Assembly (NCBI RefSeq): GCF_964194025.1
Contig: NC_134476.1
Span: 44,702,001-44,766,000, forward strand
Length of the DNA stretch: 64,000 nt
From: Convolutriloba macropyga
Taxonomy: Eukaryota
Reading direction: 5' to 3'
Shown here: piece by piece, positions 25,321 through 37,869 of the stretch
Position numbering within the stretch: position 1 is the first letter of the stretch
Layout of the letters: each line of letters starts with the position of its first letter
The notes under the pieces: generated by a model
The model's database searches: none
Told to the model about the DNA's origin: nothing
What the model saw: the letters and a program-made list of their open reading frames with translations, nothing else
Position numbers and translations under genes: made by a program

Positions 25321-26780
25321 TGAACAGATTAGACACAAATTATGCGAAATAAATTCCGCACGTGTGCAAAACGGAGATCTCTCTGGAAACAAACCTCACA
25401 AATTGATTGTCCCAAGTCGAAAAACCATCGATACTGTAGTAAAAAGTTTACGGCAGATGTGTCTCAAAAATTCAAATCTGCGCTTTAGAAGACAGTACTT
25501 TACGCGGAAGACCTGGATGCTATATCAATGAACCCACAGACCGTAAAAGAGCTTTCACTGAAATGAGTAAATATTGACAAAAAAGCAAGCGTATTTAAAA
25601 TCAATGCAACCAAAACTAAAGCCAAGATTTCCTTGCATTCAAAGAAAACCCAAGTGGGAATTGGAACTCTCTAATTTGATAATGTTCTTACTTGCTATAA
25701 ATACACAAAACACTGCTGAAATGGATATATTTTTCAGCTGTGACATACTGTTTATGTTTAAAAAAAATTAAAAACCAATAAGCCTAGTTCTAAATTTAAA
25801 AAAAAGTTTTCGCTATAAACACCATTGTGAGATTATAAACTTTAACCTATGAGTGTTTTCAACCAAATCAAAAATTTAGCAACAATTATTACTAATATTG
25901 AAGTTTTTGAGTTCTTGGAATTGATCAACTTGTTAAAATTGAATTTTTTGAATTTCGAAAATCTTTTATATTCAGTTTTTGAAACATGTCGCTATGTTTT
26001 TTCATTTCTGAAAACTTGAATTTTCCGACAGTTGCGTGTTTCCCTTTTTTGCATATATTGTCCGTTAAAATCTTCTAAAACATGGCGACTCACATGTCAC
26101 GATAATAATTGAGTGTCAATTCCCCCCCCCGGTGTTCGTCGCGCGTGTTTAGTTTCTGTTTCGGTTGCCTTATGTGCAATGCCTCCACGGTGATTTATTT
26201 TTCAGTATCGCTGAACTAGTCAATGATTCGCGAATTAAAAGCGTTTGACGAACAACAGCAGTCGCTAATTTGCTGACTGAGTTGTGAATCAGGTTTCTGG
26301 TGGTCTGTTACCCTCGTGGCAACATGACCGGCACAGGTTGATTCGCATCAATTGAACGAATTTTCATAAAACACGTGATATTTCAGATTTTTATTCAGGC
26401 TCGACTGAAGCAAAGGCAAGCAAGTTTTTATTTTCCTAGTAAAAAAATTATTTAAACGAGATATTTTCTGTAGTTTGTTTCTCAATCGCACGCTTAAATT
26501 GCGTCTGTATTGCCCCTGTATTGTTTATTTTGTGCGGCAATAGGGCCCAAACATTCAATGGGTAGCCCCAGTTGTAGAGGAAGACATTCCATTTATGCCT
26601 GTTATTGCAGCTAAAACAGAACTACATTTCAGACAAGAGCACATTTAAAACAATTTGTTACGCATTTTTTTAGAATAATTTGGTAAAACAATTAACGTTG
26701 GTTTTCTGATCTGATTGTTTCACTGACGCCTTATTTGCGTCAACACGGTTAAACCTTGTTTTCAGTAAGGGGTTTGGCGT

Positions 26781-29700
26781 AATAATAATAATATTGATAA
26801 CAGAATTTAGAGTCAACAGAATTTAGAGCAGATTTTAGAGTCCAGGTGAAGGAATGTTCCCGGAGTTTCAGTTTTGTCAGAGAGTTTATGTCAGTTTCAT
26901 AAGATTTCTGCAAATTGCACATAGACAGGTCAATCTCCATGTACACACATTTTCAAGATCGTAAATTTCGGTGACGAATCTTGTGTAGACTTCTGTTATC
27001 TTCTTCTTTCTGCTTGCGGCTATAGAGTCTAGGTTTTGACCATTTTTTCCACCAATGGTTTTTGCAAGGTAGACGCCTCTAGACCCCATTCATCACTGCT
27101 CAGTTAATAGACTTTGCAATAAAGTTAGTATCGTCTGATTGGATTCACTGGGCTTTCTTAGGACTACTTTTTTGTGTATTTCTCCTTTTGATGAGATTGG
27201 ATGTTTCCTTGCTCGCCCATGGAGGAAGAATCAGTCGATGTTTGGTTTTCTTTGGAGTGTTCTTTTCAAAGATGTTAAGTAGCCCCGCATACCAATGATC
27301 CACTATCACATCCAATTTACTGTAACAATATGGCAAGAAAGAGTGGGCTTCAATCTGAGATTCGATGTGATTCCAATCCGTTTTGTTTTACGAGAAAATG
27401 CTGAAATTTCCTATTTCTAGTGTGGTTTTCTCCACTTTGAACTAGTCAGAAGCAATTAACCTCAATTGGAAGGGTTCGTGAACCGAATTGTGCATCTGTT
27501 TGACCTTGTTGTCTACACGCACATTCAATATAGGGTCAGTGTTGTTCGTATGGACTACATACAAATGCTTTTTTTGTCCTTTTATCTTTTGCTGGAAGTT
27601 GTGATCGAACATGTCTTCAACAAAGACGGCTTTATTGTAATGTGACGATGCCATCTGCTGCCAGTCTGTGCAATCAAAATTTATTTCGCCCACAATGAGA
27701 TTCAAGCTTGCTGCTGACTGTTGCCAATAACGTCGAGAGTAAAAATAAGGTCAGACAGAAAGAGAGGTGGGTGTCGGTATTAACTTCCTTTTGGAGCACT
27801 GTAGATACAATATATTATGCAGGAATAATCGGTAAAATCTACCTGAATGGCTATGGTATCTGAGAATTTCGGTTCTAAGTTCAGGAGTTTGTGCCTCAAC
27901 TGCTTTTTGGTGTTACTCAGGAGAGTTTATGTCAGTTTAATAAGATTTCTGCAAATTGCACATAGACAAGACAATCTCTATTTACACATAATTTCAAGAT
28001 CGTAAACTTCGGTGAAGAAACTTGTGTAGACTTCTGTTATCTTCTTCTTTCTGCTTGCGGCTATAGAGTCTAGGTTTTGACCATTTTTTCGACCAATGAT
28101 TTTTGCAAGGTAGACGCCTCTAGACCCCATTCATCACTGCTCAGTTAATAGACTTTGCAATAAAGTTAGTATCGTCTGATTGGATTCACTGGGCTTTCTT
28201 AGGACTACTTTTTTGTGTATTTCTCCTTTTGATGAGATTGGATGTTTCCTTGCTCGCCCATGGAGGAAGAATCAGTCGATGTTTGGTTTTCTTTGGAGTG
28301 TTCTTTTCAAAGATGTTAAGTAGCCCCGCATACCAATGATCCACTATCACATCCAATTTACTGTAACAATATGGCAAGAAAGAGTGGGCTTCAATCTGAG
28401 ATTCGATGTGATTCCAATCCGTTTTGTTTTACGAGAAAATGCTGAAATTTCCTATTTCTAGTGTGGTTTTCTCCACTTTGAACTAGTCAGAAGCAATTAA
28501 CCTCAATTGGAAGGGTTCGTGAACCGAATTGTGCATCTGTTTGACCTTGTTGTCTACACGCACATTCAATATAGGGTCAGTGTTGTTCGTATGGACTACA
28601 TACAAATGCTTTTTTTGTCCTTTTATCTTTTGCTGGAAGTTGTGATCGAACATGTCTTCAACAAAGACGGCTTTATTGTAATGTGACGATGCCATCTGCT
28701 GCCAGTCTGTGCAATCAAAATTTATTTCGCCCACAATGAGATTCAAGCTTGCTGCTGACTGTTGCCAATAACGTCGAGAGTAAAAATAAGGTCAGACAGA
28801 AAGAGAGGTGGGTGTCGGTATTAACTTCCTTTTGGAGCACTGTAGATACAATATATTATGCAGGAATAATCGGTAAAATCTACCTGAATGGCTATGGTAT
28901 CTGAGAATTTCGGTTCTAAGTTCAGGAGTTTGTGCCTCAACTGCTTTTTGGTGTTACTCAGGAGAGTTTATGTCAGTTTAATAAGATTTCTGCAAATTGC
29001 ACATAGACAAGACAATCTCTATTTACACATAATTTCAAGATCGTAAACTTCGGTGAAGAAACTTGTGTAGACTTCTGTTATCTTCTTCTTTCTGCTTGCG
29101 GCTATAGAGTCTAGGTTTTGACCATTTTTTCGACCAATGATTTTTGCAAGGTAGACGCCTCTAGACCCCATTCATCACTGCTCAGTTAATAGACTTTGCA
29201 ATCAAGTTAGTATCGTCTGATTGGATTCACTGGGCTTTCTTAGGACTACTTTTTTTTGTGTATTTCTCCTTTTGATGAGATTGGATGTTTCCCTGCTCGC
29301 CCATGGAGGAAGAATCAGTCGATGTTTGGTTTTCTTTAGAGTGTTCTCTTCAAATATGTTAAGTAGCCCCGCATACCAATGATCCACTATCACATCCAAT
29401 TTACTGTAACAATATGGCAAAAAAGGGTGGGCTTCAATTTGAGATTCGATGTGATTCCAATCCGTTTTGTTTTACGAGAAAATGCTGAAATTTCCTATTT
29501 CTAGTGTGGCTTTCTCCACTTTGAACTAGTCAGAAGCAATAAACCTCAATTGGAAGGGTTCGTGAACCGAGTTGTGCATCTGTTTGACCTTGTTGTCTAC
29601 ACGCACATTCAATATAGGGTCAGTGTTGTTCGTATGGACTACATACAAATTCTTTTTCTGTCCTTTTATCTTTTGCTGGAAGTTTTGATCGAACATGTCT

Positions 29701-32700
29701 TCAACAAAGACGGCTTTATCGTAATGTGACTTTGCCATCTGCTGCCAATCTGTGCAATCAAAATTTGTCGCCCACAATGAGATTCAAGCTTGCTGCTGAC
29801 TGTTGCCAATAACGTCGAGAGTAACAATAAGGTCAGACAGAAAGAGAGGTGGGTGTCGGTATTAACTTCCTTTTGGAGCACTGTAGATACAATATATTAT
29901 GCAGGAATAATCGGTAAAATCTACCTGAATGGCTATGGTATCTGAGAATTTCGGTTCTAAGTTCAGGAGTTTGTGCCTCAACTGCTTTTTGGTGTTACTC
30001 AGGAGAGTTTATGTCAGTTTAATAAGATTTCTGCAAATTGCACATAGACAAGACAATCTCTATTTACACATAATTTCAAGATCGTAAACTTCAGTGAAGA
30101 AACTTGTGTAGACTTCTGTTATCTTCTTCTTTCTGCTTGCGGCTATAGAGTTGACAATTTGACCAAATTTTCGACCAATGAGTTTCGCAAGGTAGACGCC
30201 TCTAGTCCCGAAATTGCTCTTCTGTTTGTCTCCAGAGATTACTGGTCCTTGAAACGTCTTGTATTCCCCGTTCTTGTGTTCTGGTCATGCTGTTTGGTAA
30301 CTTGTATGAAACTCTGCCATTTAATTTTGTATCTGCCACTGACAATGTCCAGGAATAACAATAGCCTGTGGAGCTCATGATAGAGCGATAGAGGAAGGAT
30401 ATCTAGCTTGCGCAGTCTGTCTTTGTATGTCAGTTGTACACTGGATAAGATACATTTCGTAGCTGTCATCTGGATTTCTTCGACTTCCTTCAGTTCTTGT
30501 TGGTTTGGTTTCCAGGGAACTGTCGCGTTTGAAATGATTGGTACGATATAACTCCGATATAGATTTTTCTTGGCTTGGCGGGTTGTTCCTCTTCGAACAT
30601 TCCGTTTGATGGTGAAAAAAATTTTCAACGCTTTTTCGCAGCGGCAGTTGGCGTTTCCTGTCCAGGAGAGACCCTTGTGTATCATGTTTCCCAGGTCATT
30701 CTCCTTTTCTGACTTTTCAAGCTCCCATCTATTTATCGTAGCCTTCCTTTCTCCTTTCATACAGAGGACATTGCATTTGCTGACGTTGAATTTCATCAAT
30801 TTGTCAGTGCACCATTTCCAGATTTTAGCGCCATTGATTTGTATGCTGATATTGTTTCTGCCAACGACTTTATAATCGTCGGCATATCCAAAGCAATCAG
30901 ACATTTAGTTGTTGTGATTGTGTTGAAAACAAGCTTGAGAAAGAGACAGATAGAGATTGAGCTGTTCGTTTGAGAGACAGGTTACCTTTTCCATCTGGGC
31001 CTTTAGCTTTCCCAGGGGGCAGTTTTTTGAGTGCTGTTTTGACCTCCGTTTGTGTGAAATGCAGTTTGTCAATTCTCATCAGGGCATATGGGTCAAATCC
31101 ATTTTGCTAGTGGTCTTGAGTGAAAACTGACTGGAAGAACTTGTTAAAACGCTCGGCGTTTTGTAAGTCTGTAATGGCTTTCTCTCCCTCCAGGTACATT
31201 TCGGACAAAGGCTGTGTAGATAATTGGATGCTTTTAAAAAATCTCTGTATTTCACAGAATCTACCGTTTTTGAAGACTAATTTCTCACATGCTCGTTGAT
31301 CATTGTTCAACTCATTCATCATTGCTCAGTTAATAGATTTTGCAATAAAGTTAGTATTGTCTGATTGGATTCACTGGGCTTTCTTAGGACTACTTTTTTT
31401 GTGTATTTCTCCTTGTGATGAGATTGGATGTTTCCTTGCTCGCCCATGGAGGAAGAATCAGTCGATGTTTGGTTTTCTTTGGAGTGTTCTCTTCAAAGAT
31501 GTTAAGTAGCCCCGCATACCAATGATCCACTATCACATCCAATTTACTGTAACAATATGGCAAAAAAGGGTGGGCTTCAATTTGAGATTCGATGTGATTC
31601 CAATCCGTTTTGTTTTACGAGAAAATGCTGAAATTTCCTATTTCTAGTGTGGCTTTCTCCACTTTGAACTAGTCAGAAGCAATAAACCTCAATTGGAAGG
31701 GTTCGTGAACCGAGTTGTGCATCTGTTTGACCTTGTTGTCTACACGCACATTCAATATAGGGTCAGTGTTGTTCGTATGGACTACATACAAATTCTTTTT
31801 CTGTCCTTTTATCTTTTGCTGGAAGTTGTGATCGAACATGTCTTCAACAAAGACGGCTTTATTGTAATGTGACGATGCCATCTGCTGCCAATCTGTGCAA
31901 TCAAAATTTATTTTGCCCACAATGAGATTCAAGCTTGCTGCTGACTGTTGCCAATAACATCTGAGCATTTCGGTTCTAAGTTCAGGAGTTTGTGCCTCAA
32001 CTGCTTTTTGGTGTTAATCAGCAACCCACTGTGTTTTGCTTGCCCATTATCTGATGGTTTGTCATTTTTGTGAACCATAAAACTGTCCATAAATCAAGCG
32101 TTGTCAGTTATTTGAGGTACAAGCCGCGTTTCAGTGAGAGAAAAAAATTTGTAGTGGTCTCGGTATATAAGAGCGTTCGCAAAATTCATTCTTCTTTGAA
32201 TGTACACTATACTTCTGAAGTTGAAAAAAAGAAGATGGACTTCGTTATCTTTTTCATTGGGACTTGTGGATAGTCAATGGGTCAAAGCGTTACCGCTTAC
32301 TTCGATTTCCTTCCACTCGTCTTCTCTTTTCTGGGTCAGCTTTAATTCTTTGATTCTGAGGTCTTTCCGATTTACCCCAGATTCAATCAGTTCTTTCCTT
32401 CTTGCCAGCAGTAGTCTCTCTTGCTTGGCTTCCTCTGGAGTTAGCTCTCTGCTGACAAAGAACTGTTTTCCGTAGTCCTTCAGTTTGCTTAGCGATATAA
32501 TCTTAACAGAATAAGTCTTCGTTGATACTTATTCGTTACGAAGAAGAGCATAGTTCTGGTCTTATCTGCGTGGTATTCACCTATCATTTTCAGTTTAGAG
32601 ATTTGACACTCGATGGGCATAAACGTGAGCATTTCTTTTATTTCTGACATGTTGTGTTTGTTTGTCTCTACGGCAAGTTTTGAGGTGCTTTCAGGTACTC

Positions 32701-33130
32701 CTCTAACTCGGATTCCCTCCGAATGCGTAGGAAGTTGTGGCGTAGGCGGTGGCCTTGGAGGAGGTTGATTTGGAGGAGGAACTGTCGAGACGCTTGCATT
32801 CTTGTTGACGCCCATTTTCATCTCTGTGATGGCTTTTTGATTTCCGCGACCTCCAATTGGAGTTGCTTCAACTGTTTATCCTCTTTCGGGTTTGTATTTT
32901 CGAAGCATTTTCTATCCCTCTGTTTGCTTACAGGCTTCAGTACCAAATAAAATCCCACTCCATATGTAAAACAGTGGAAGTCTGGTTCATCTGCAGGATT
33001 ATCGTGCTTGCATTTCTCGCAGAATCTCTGTCACAGTACCCTGCTGCCTTGAGAGGTCACTTGTTCAATTACAGTTTCGATTTACGAAAATTCGAGAAAG
33101 AGGTGAAACTTGATATCACAGTTCCCTGCT
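26781..33130 (-). mobile_element. CR1-like LINE (ORF1, APE endonuclease, RT) with internal deletions, (TTA)n tail and tandemly amplified segment
   Basis: ORF1 GIRVRGVPES (32489..32821); endonuclease relic LIVGKINF...HNSVHEP; RT GYADDYK and MKFNVSKC (30239..30904); C-terminal CLCAICR; ATT repeat tail at 26781-26792. Confidence 0.85.
26880..30205. repeat. ~1041-bp tandem triplication of an internally deleted LINE segment
   Basis: Identical ORFs at 27145/28186 and 27442/28483 (offset 1041); third copy at offset ~1043. Confidence 0.95.
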
Positions 33131-34339
33131 GACGAACAGTCAATTGTTCAATTAGGGTTTCAGTTACACAAAACTTCACCTGAGTTGCACCTGTGCCCTG
33201 CTGACGTGAGCGGTCACTAGATACCTTCTCAGGCAAAGCTACGAGAAAATAGGTAAAGCAAAACAATAATCCGATTGCTATGCGTGCCCTGCTGACTTGA
33301 GCGGTCACTGGATAAAACCGAAAATTTGGGGGCTTACCTAAACTTTTATGACGACTGATGGAAGGGTTTTGCGGGTTCTGTGAAGACTGGGTGCAGACTG
33401 CTTGGGTGTTGACCACTTTCTTCTGAGTCGTCGTAGCTGACCAGGTTCTAACACTATTTGTAGGTCGCAAAGTGGCTGCGATTTCACATCAGGAGTAACT
33501 GTTGAGGAACAGCTAAATGATGATAGTTCCTTCAATTTCAGATTTTGACGACGCCTACCCGATAGCCTTTTCTTCTTGCGACAGATGCCGTCTTTGTCCC
33601 CTTAATGTTTCAAGACAACGTAGAATTTTTTTAGCTCGAGACTATGGGGTTGATGAATACTACTGTATTTTTGTTCCAATTCCTCACTTTTTGCGCCCTT
33701 CCGTGATGCCAGGTCCCTTACCACGCTAACGACAGGAAGATCGGCCTCTTTCAGTTCCTGATAAATGTCCGGCTTCACTTCTGCGCATTGAAGTTCAATT
33801 CTCCGACAGTATACTATCAGTTCGAAATCGACTTCAAATAGTTCAGAAGTTGCTGACCAATAAGGGGGTTGTTGAAAGTGTTGGGGCTAGCTGCTAAGGA
33901 ATTGTTGATCGCGTCGTGCCAAATGATATATATATTGTTGACGGATCTGCCCTTCGAATACGATAGAAGATCGGTTTCCTGGGGTTTCTAGGCCTAATAG
34001 TTCTGCTCATCGGCTGGTTCTGCTTCAGGTGCTAGGGCCCTTTTCGACGTCCCGGATGTTGATGGTTCTACTCCCTCCACCTCCGAATTGGCCCCAACTG
34101 GTAATATCTGTATGCAAATGTCATGCAAATGACAGTTTTGTGCGATCGATGCAAGAAAGAAGTTGCGTATTAAAAATTCTTGACTGTCACGTTCAGTGCA
34201 AAGTGGATTGAGAGGTCAGCCCTAGGGCAAGTATCAGCTCATGAAACCAAGCAGAATAAAACGGATTCCCTAATTGCTGAAGTCTAAGTTCTGAAAATAG
34301 AAGTAAGCTCCCTGAAAAGGCCGGTAAATCCTTACTGAC

Positions 34340-35460
34340 GTGGTCTCAGAAGCAGGGAAAATAATGCAAGTGATCGCTGCTCCAAGGAGTGCGAGGCCAA
34401 GATTAGGAAGCGACAGTTGATGCGTTATAGAAAGACGACCACCACGAAGACCAAAAAGCGAGAGTGGTTTGAATCAAAACATGGAAGCAGTTGCAGTAGA
34501 TGAGCTTCACCGCAGGATATCACAAACAATTGCGGGCTAAGAATTTTGTCTACTATCTAATGGAAAGATCTATAGGGCCGAGTCACATTTGAATTTGTTC
34601 CACTGCGTCTTTTGTTTTGTCTGTGAAATTGTTAAAGAGCATATATTTTGGCCTGAGCTTGTTATTTTCTCTAGATTTTACCTCCATGCTAACGCCCGAG
34701 AGTTAACTTTATCAGCCAAAATGAGCGACTCTCCTGAGTCCTCGAATGATTATTATTCTTAAAATTTGCCGTCATAACAATCAAGTAGTAGGTCAGGTTT
34801 TCTGCTTCATGCCGTGGGTGTTGTTGATCAAGAAGAAAACGATTGATATTTTAGCCATGATTGAATCCCTAAGTTGTTTTATTGAAATGGTGATCAAAAG
34901 GAATCAGTATGATGATTGCATTTGCCGTTTTTATGCCTAATAGGCTAATCTTTTCTAAGTGTTCTGCCAGAAGGAAGGATTGGAGGTGGATTGGCATTTT
35001 TATTGATTCTTCGTTAGAACTAGTGAGCTTCAAAAATATTAATAATGATCCGAGAAAATTTAAGTTAAATGTTGTGATAATAAATTTTTATTGATATTGC
35101 ACACCAGGAACGAACATTCCAGAGTTTCTCGGGGATATGGCTCATTTGACTCATCTACTTTCTCCATTAGAGATGTTCGTGTTCTAATGCTGTCTGTCTT
35201 TTTACATTTTTCTCAGCTGATGTTTGTATATTTTCATTTTATTGAATAGATCTAAACAATACGAAATGCTTTATTAAGTCGCAGAGCTGGGAAGGCCCCG
35301 GACCAGCCAATATTCTCAGTATTGGCAGGGGCATTTCTAAATTTAGCTTTTGTTATTTAATTTATGATAACCGCCTACTTTTTAACGAAATCTTGATTTT
35401 AGGCAATATCAATGTGGACCTCCAAAGACGCCACTCGCAATTGGCGTTTAATTGCTCTTG
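34340..35460 (+). mobile_element. Degenerate L2/CR1-like LINE 5' region and endonuclease, paralogous to 37870-38900
   Basis: Shared block GATCGCTGCTCCAAGGAGTG...; GGG, IY.PG and ILGNINVD relics of an APE domain. Confidence 0.55.
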
Positions 35461-35648
35461 AACGAATTTCATAGCAATTGTAGTAAAACCTGTTGGTTTT
35501 TTATGCAAATTTTTCGCTTGGACGTTTTTGCGCTTTTCTTCTAGAACATTCTTTGGCTTTCGTTCTTCAGTTTTGAGTGATCTCTTAATCTCACTCCGAA
35601 GTAAAGCTTGTTGCTAAAATAAATTTGATCGCAGCATAGCAAGATGCA

Positions 35649-35731
35649 GGGACTGATAGCCGAATGGGGAGTGTTTCTGGTGAGCGATCGGGAGATCCAT
35701 GGTTCGAATCCCAGCGTGGTCAACTGTTTTT
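35649..35731 (+). mobile_element. tRNA-derived SINE head / tRNA pseudogene
   Basis: A-box TAGCCGAATGG, consensus B-box GGTTCGAATCC at 35701, then TTTTT. Stems do not give a clean cloverleaf. Confidence 0.6.
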
Positions 35732-36587
35732 GCACCGATAAAGAAATATTGAGCTGGGCTACAGCCCCTGAATTGCCTCGCCTGTCATTCAAGAGCAATT
35801 CTTCCGACATTATTCGGTTTATCTTCTTTCCCTGATGAGTAATTATTCCGTGTGTTGTTAATGTTTCCATTTTATTGATAGATTGGAAAAAAATACAAAA
35901 TGCTTTATGAAGACGTAGTGATGTGCTGGGAGGTCCTGGAATAGCGAATTTTTACCCAGTGTTTGGGAGGGGCTTTTATCTTATGTTTGTTCAATTAAGA
36001 CATTTTGCAACATTAACTGAAAACAACTGTTAGTACTCGGATGCGTTCTATTTGTATACTGTTTTCATCAGTTATATTCGATCAAGTCTGTAATTAAGCG
36101 GATAACCACAATTTACCTTTTTTACATATTTTGCGCACGAGTGGCTGCTATGGCTGATTAAGCATGTTTTATGTGTATTTTATTTTTTGTAGCCTTTTAC
36201 TAAGCAAAGTGTTCTATCAAAACAGTGGATCCAAGTTATTTCCCTCTGCTGTTAATAGTGTAACTGTACCTACCGGTGGTTGGCTGCAAAATCTCTCGGT
36301 CCTCTGTGACGTTGGGTGCTCCCCGAATTTTTCTAAAATGGAAATTTCTTCAAAAATAGTGCTCTAGTTTGAAGTAACTACCCGAAAGTAGTATCACTAA
36401 ATTTTATCCCATTAGTAAAATTAAGCTGTTTGGCCATTTGCCTGTTTGGCTATTTATCAACTGTTTGGCTGTTTTGTACATTTACCTATTTTGCAAATTA
36501 AATGTTTCTCTTCACAAACTTGGTGGTTGAGAAGTTTTATTTGGTTCTGTTAAAGTTTGTGATACTGGAAAAGCTGTTTTCAGAAAA

Positions 36588-36848
36588 ATGTGGTGGGTTG
36601 AAGTTGGAGTTCCATGCGCAATTGTGGGAGTGTGCGCCTCCTTGCCATATTTTGGACGGAAGCTCAACGATCAGTTTTTCTATGGCAAGAGGGAGAACTG
36701 GACTGACCCCAGAAAGTATCAGCAGCAGAGGTACATCCCTGAGCCTATTCAGTACCAATGGTGTGTGAGGGACTATTTCATCACTGGCAATTTTTATCAC
36801 CCTCGAGGAATCGAATCCGTTAAAGACAATTACACTCGTAGCAAATAA
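36588..36848 (+). CDS. NDUFA1: NADH:ubiquinone oxidoreductase subunit A1 (MWFE subunit) homolog, 86 aa
   Basis: MWWVEVGVPCAIVGVCASLP...GK...RDYFITGNFYHPRGIESV fits the MWFE pattern (MWFEILP...GVC..IP...GK...RD..ISG..Y..KGLENI). TTTTCAG lies just upstream and AATAAA is at 36921. Confidence 0.8.
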   Translation: MWWVEVGVPCAIVGVCASLPYFGRKLNDQFFYGKRENWTDPRKYQQQRYIPEPIQYQWCVRDYFITGNFYHPRGIESVKDNYTRSK

Positions 36849-37166
36849 GTTACTGATTGAGCTCACTACATTTCCCTTAAAACTTAACTACGTAGATTGC
36901 TATTACTGACTAATTGGGATAATAAACCTCAAATCAATTTTTTTTCTCATGTGTCTTTTATAAAATAGCTAAGTATCGGTAGTAAGCCATGTTGCGATAG
37001 TTTTGTTTTCGTCGTGTGACTTTCCTTCTGCGTATTTTTTGTTCTGACAGCCCTATTGAATTGTATTGAAGGGCTGTCATGCTGTTTTTGTTAGTAAAAG
37101 GTTCGGAGGTTTTGTGTTCGGACTGAAAACGTCACGTGCCTTGAATTAAAAAACATTTAATTTCTT

Positions 37167-37310
37167 GGATCTTTTCCGTTTATGCCCCCCCCCCAGCTTA
37201 GTGGGCGCATATTATTTGCACCCCCTAGACGCACGTGCCATATTTTTACATAATGATTTACTATGTAATGGCACGTGCTCTGTAACTGGGGGCACAAACG
37301 GAAAAGATCC
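37167..37310. mobile_element. MITE with GGATCTTTTCCGTTT TIRs and 8-bp TSD AATTTCTT
   Basis: TIRs and a perfect TSD (37159-37166, 37311-37318) are visible. Confidence 0.9.
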
Positions 37311-37869
37311 AATTTCTTTGTATGAACTATAAAATACAGAGCATAGGAAAAGTCAACGATGTAGTGTTAAGAATATTACAATGAACAGCACTTATTAGAA
37401 AGTTCTAACATGATTTAAATTTACACTGGCAATGATCTAGGTTTCAGCTTTGATCTGTTGTTTATATTGTGCGATAATGGCCGTAAATTCATTGGGTAGC
37501 CCCAGTTACTGGAGATTTCAGATTGTTCCATTTGCACTTTTTATTGCAGCTACTACAGAACTACATCTGAGACAGCAGCACATTTTTAACAATATTACAA
37601 ATATTTAGCTCTATTTAGTCTGTTACGGATTTTTCAACAATATTGTGGGCAAAAAGTTGTCGGTTCTCTACGCATTTGTTTGTTTCCCTGATACCTCATT
37701 TGCATCAACACGTTTAAGGTTTGCTGTCAGTTAGGCATTTAGCCTATTGGTTCTTCGCATCCACTGGACTGCTTGAGGTCCTAGGGCTCTTATTTAACCT
37801 CCGGGATAATGACGGCGGTACTCCCTCCGCCTCCCCCTTAGACCCACCGACAAATCCTAACTGATGTGG

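Noticed and set aside
35649-35731. Functional tRNA gene
   Set aside because: The A/B boxes are good but the acceptor and anticodon stems do not pair.
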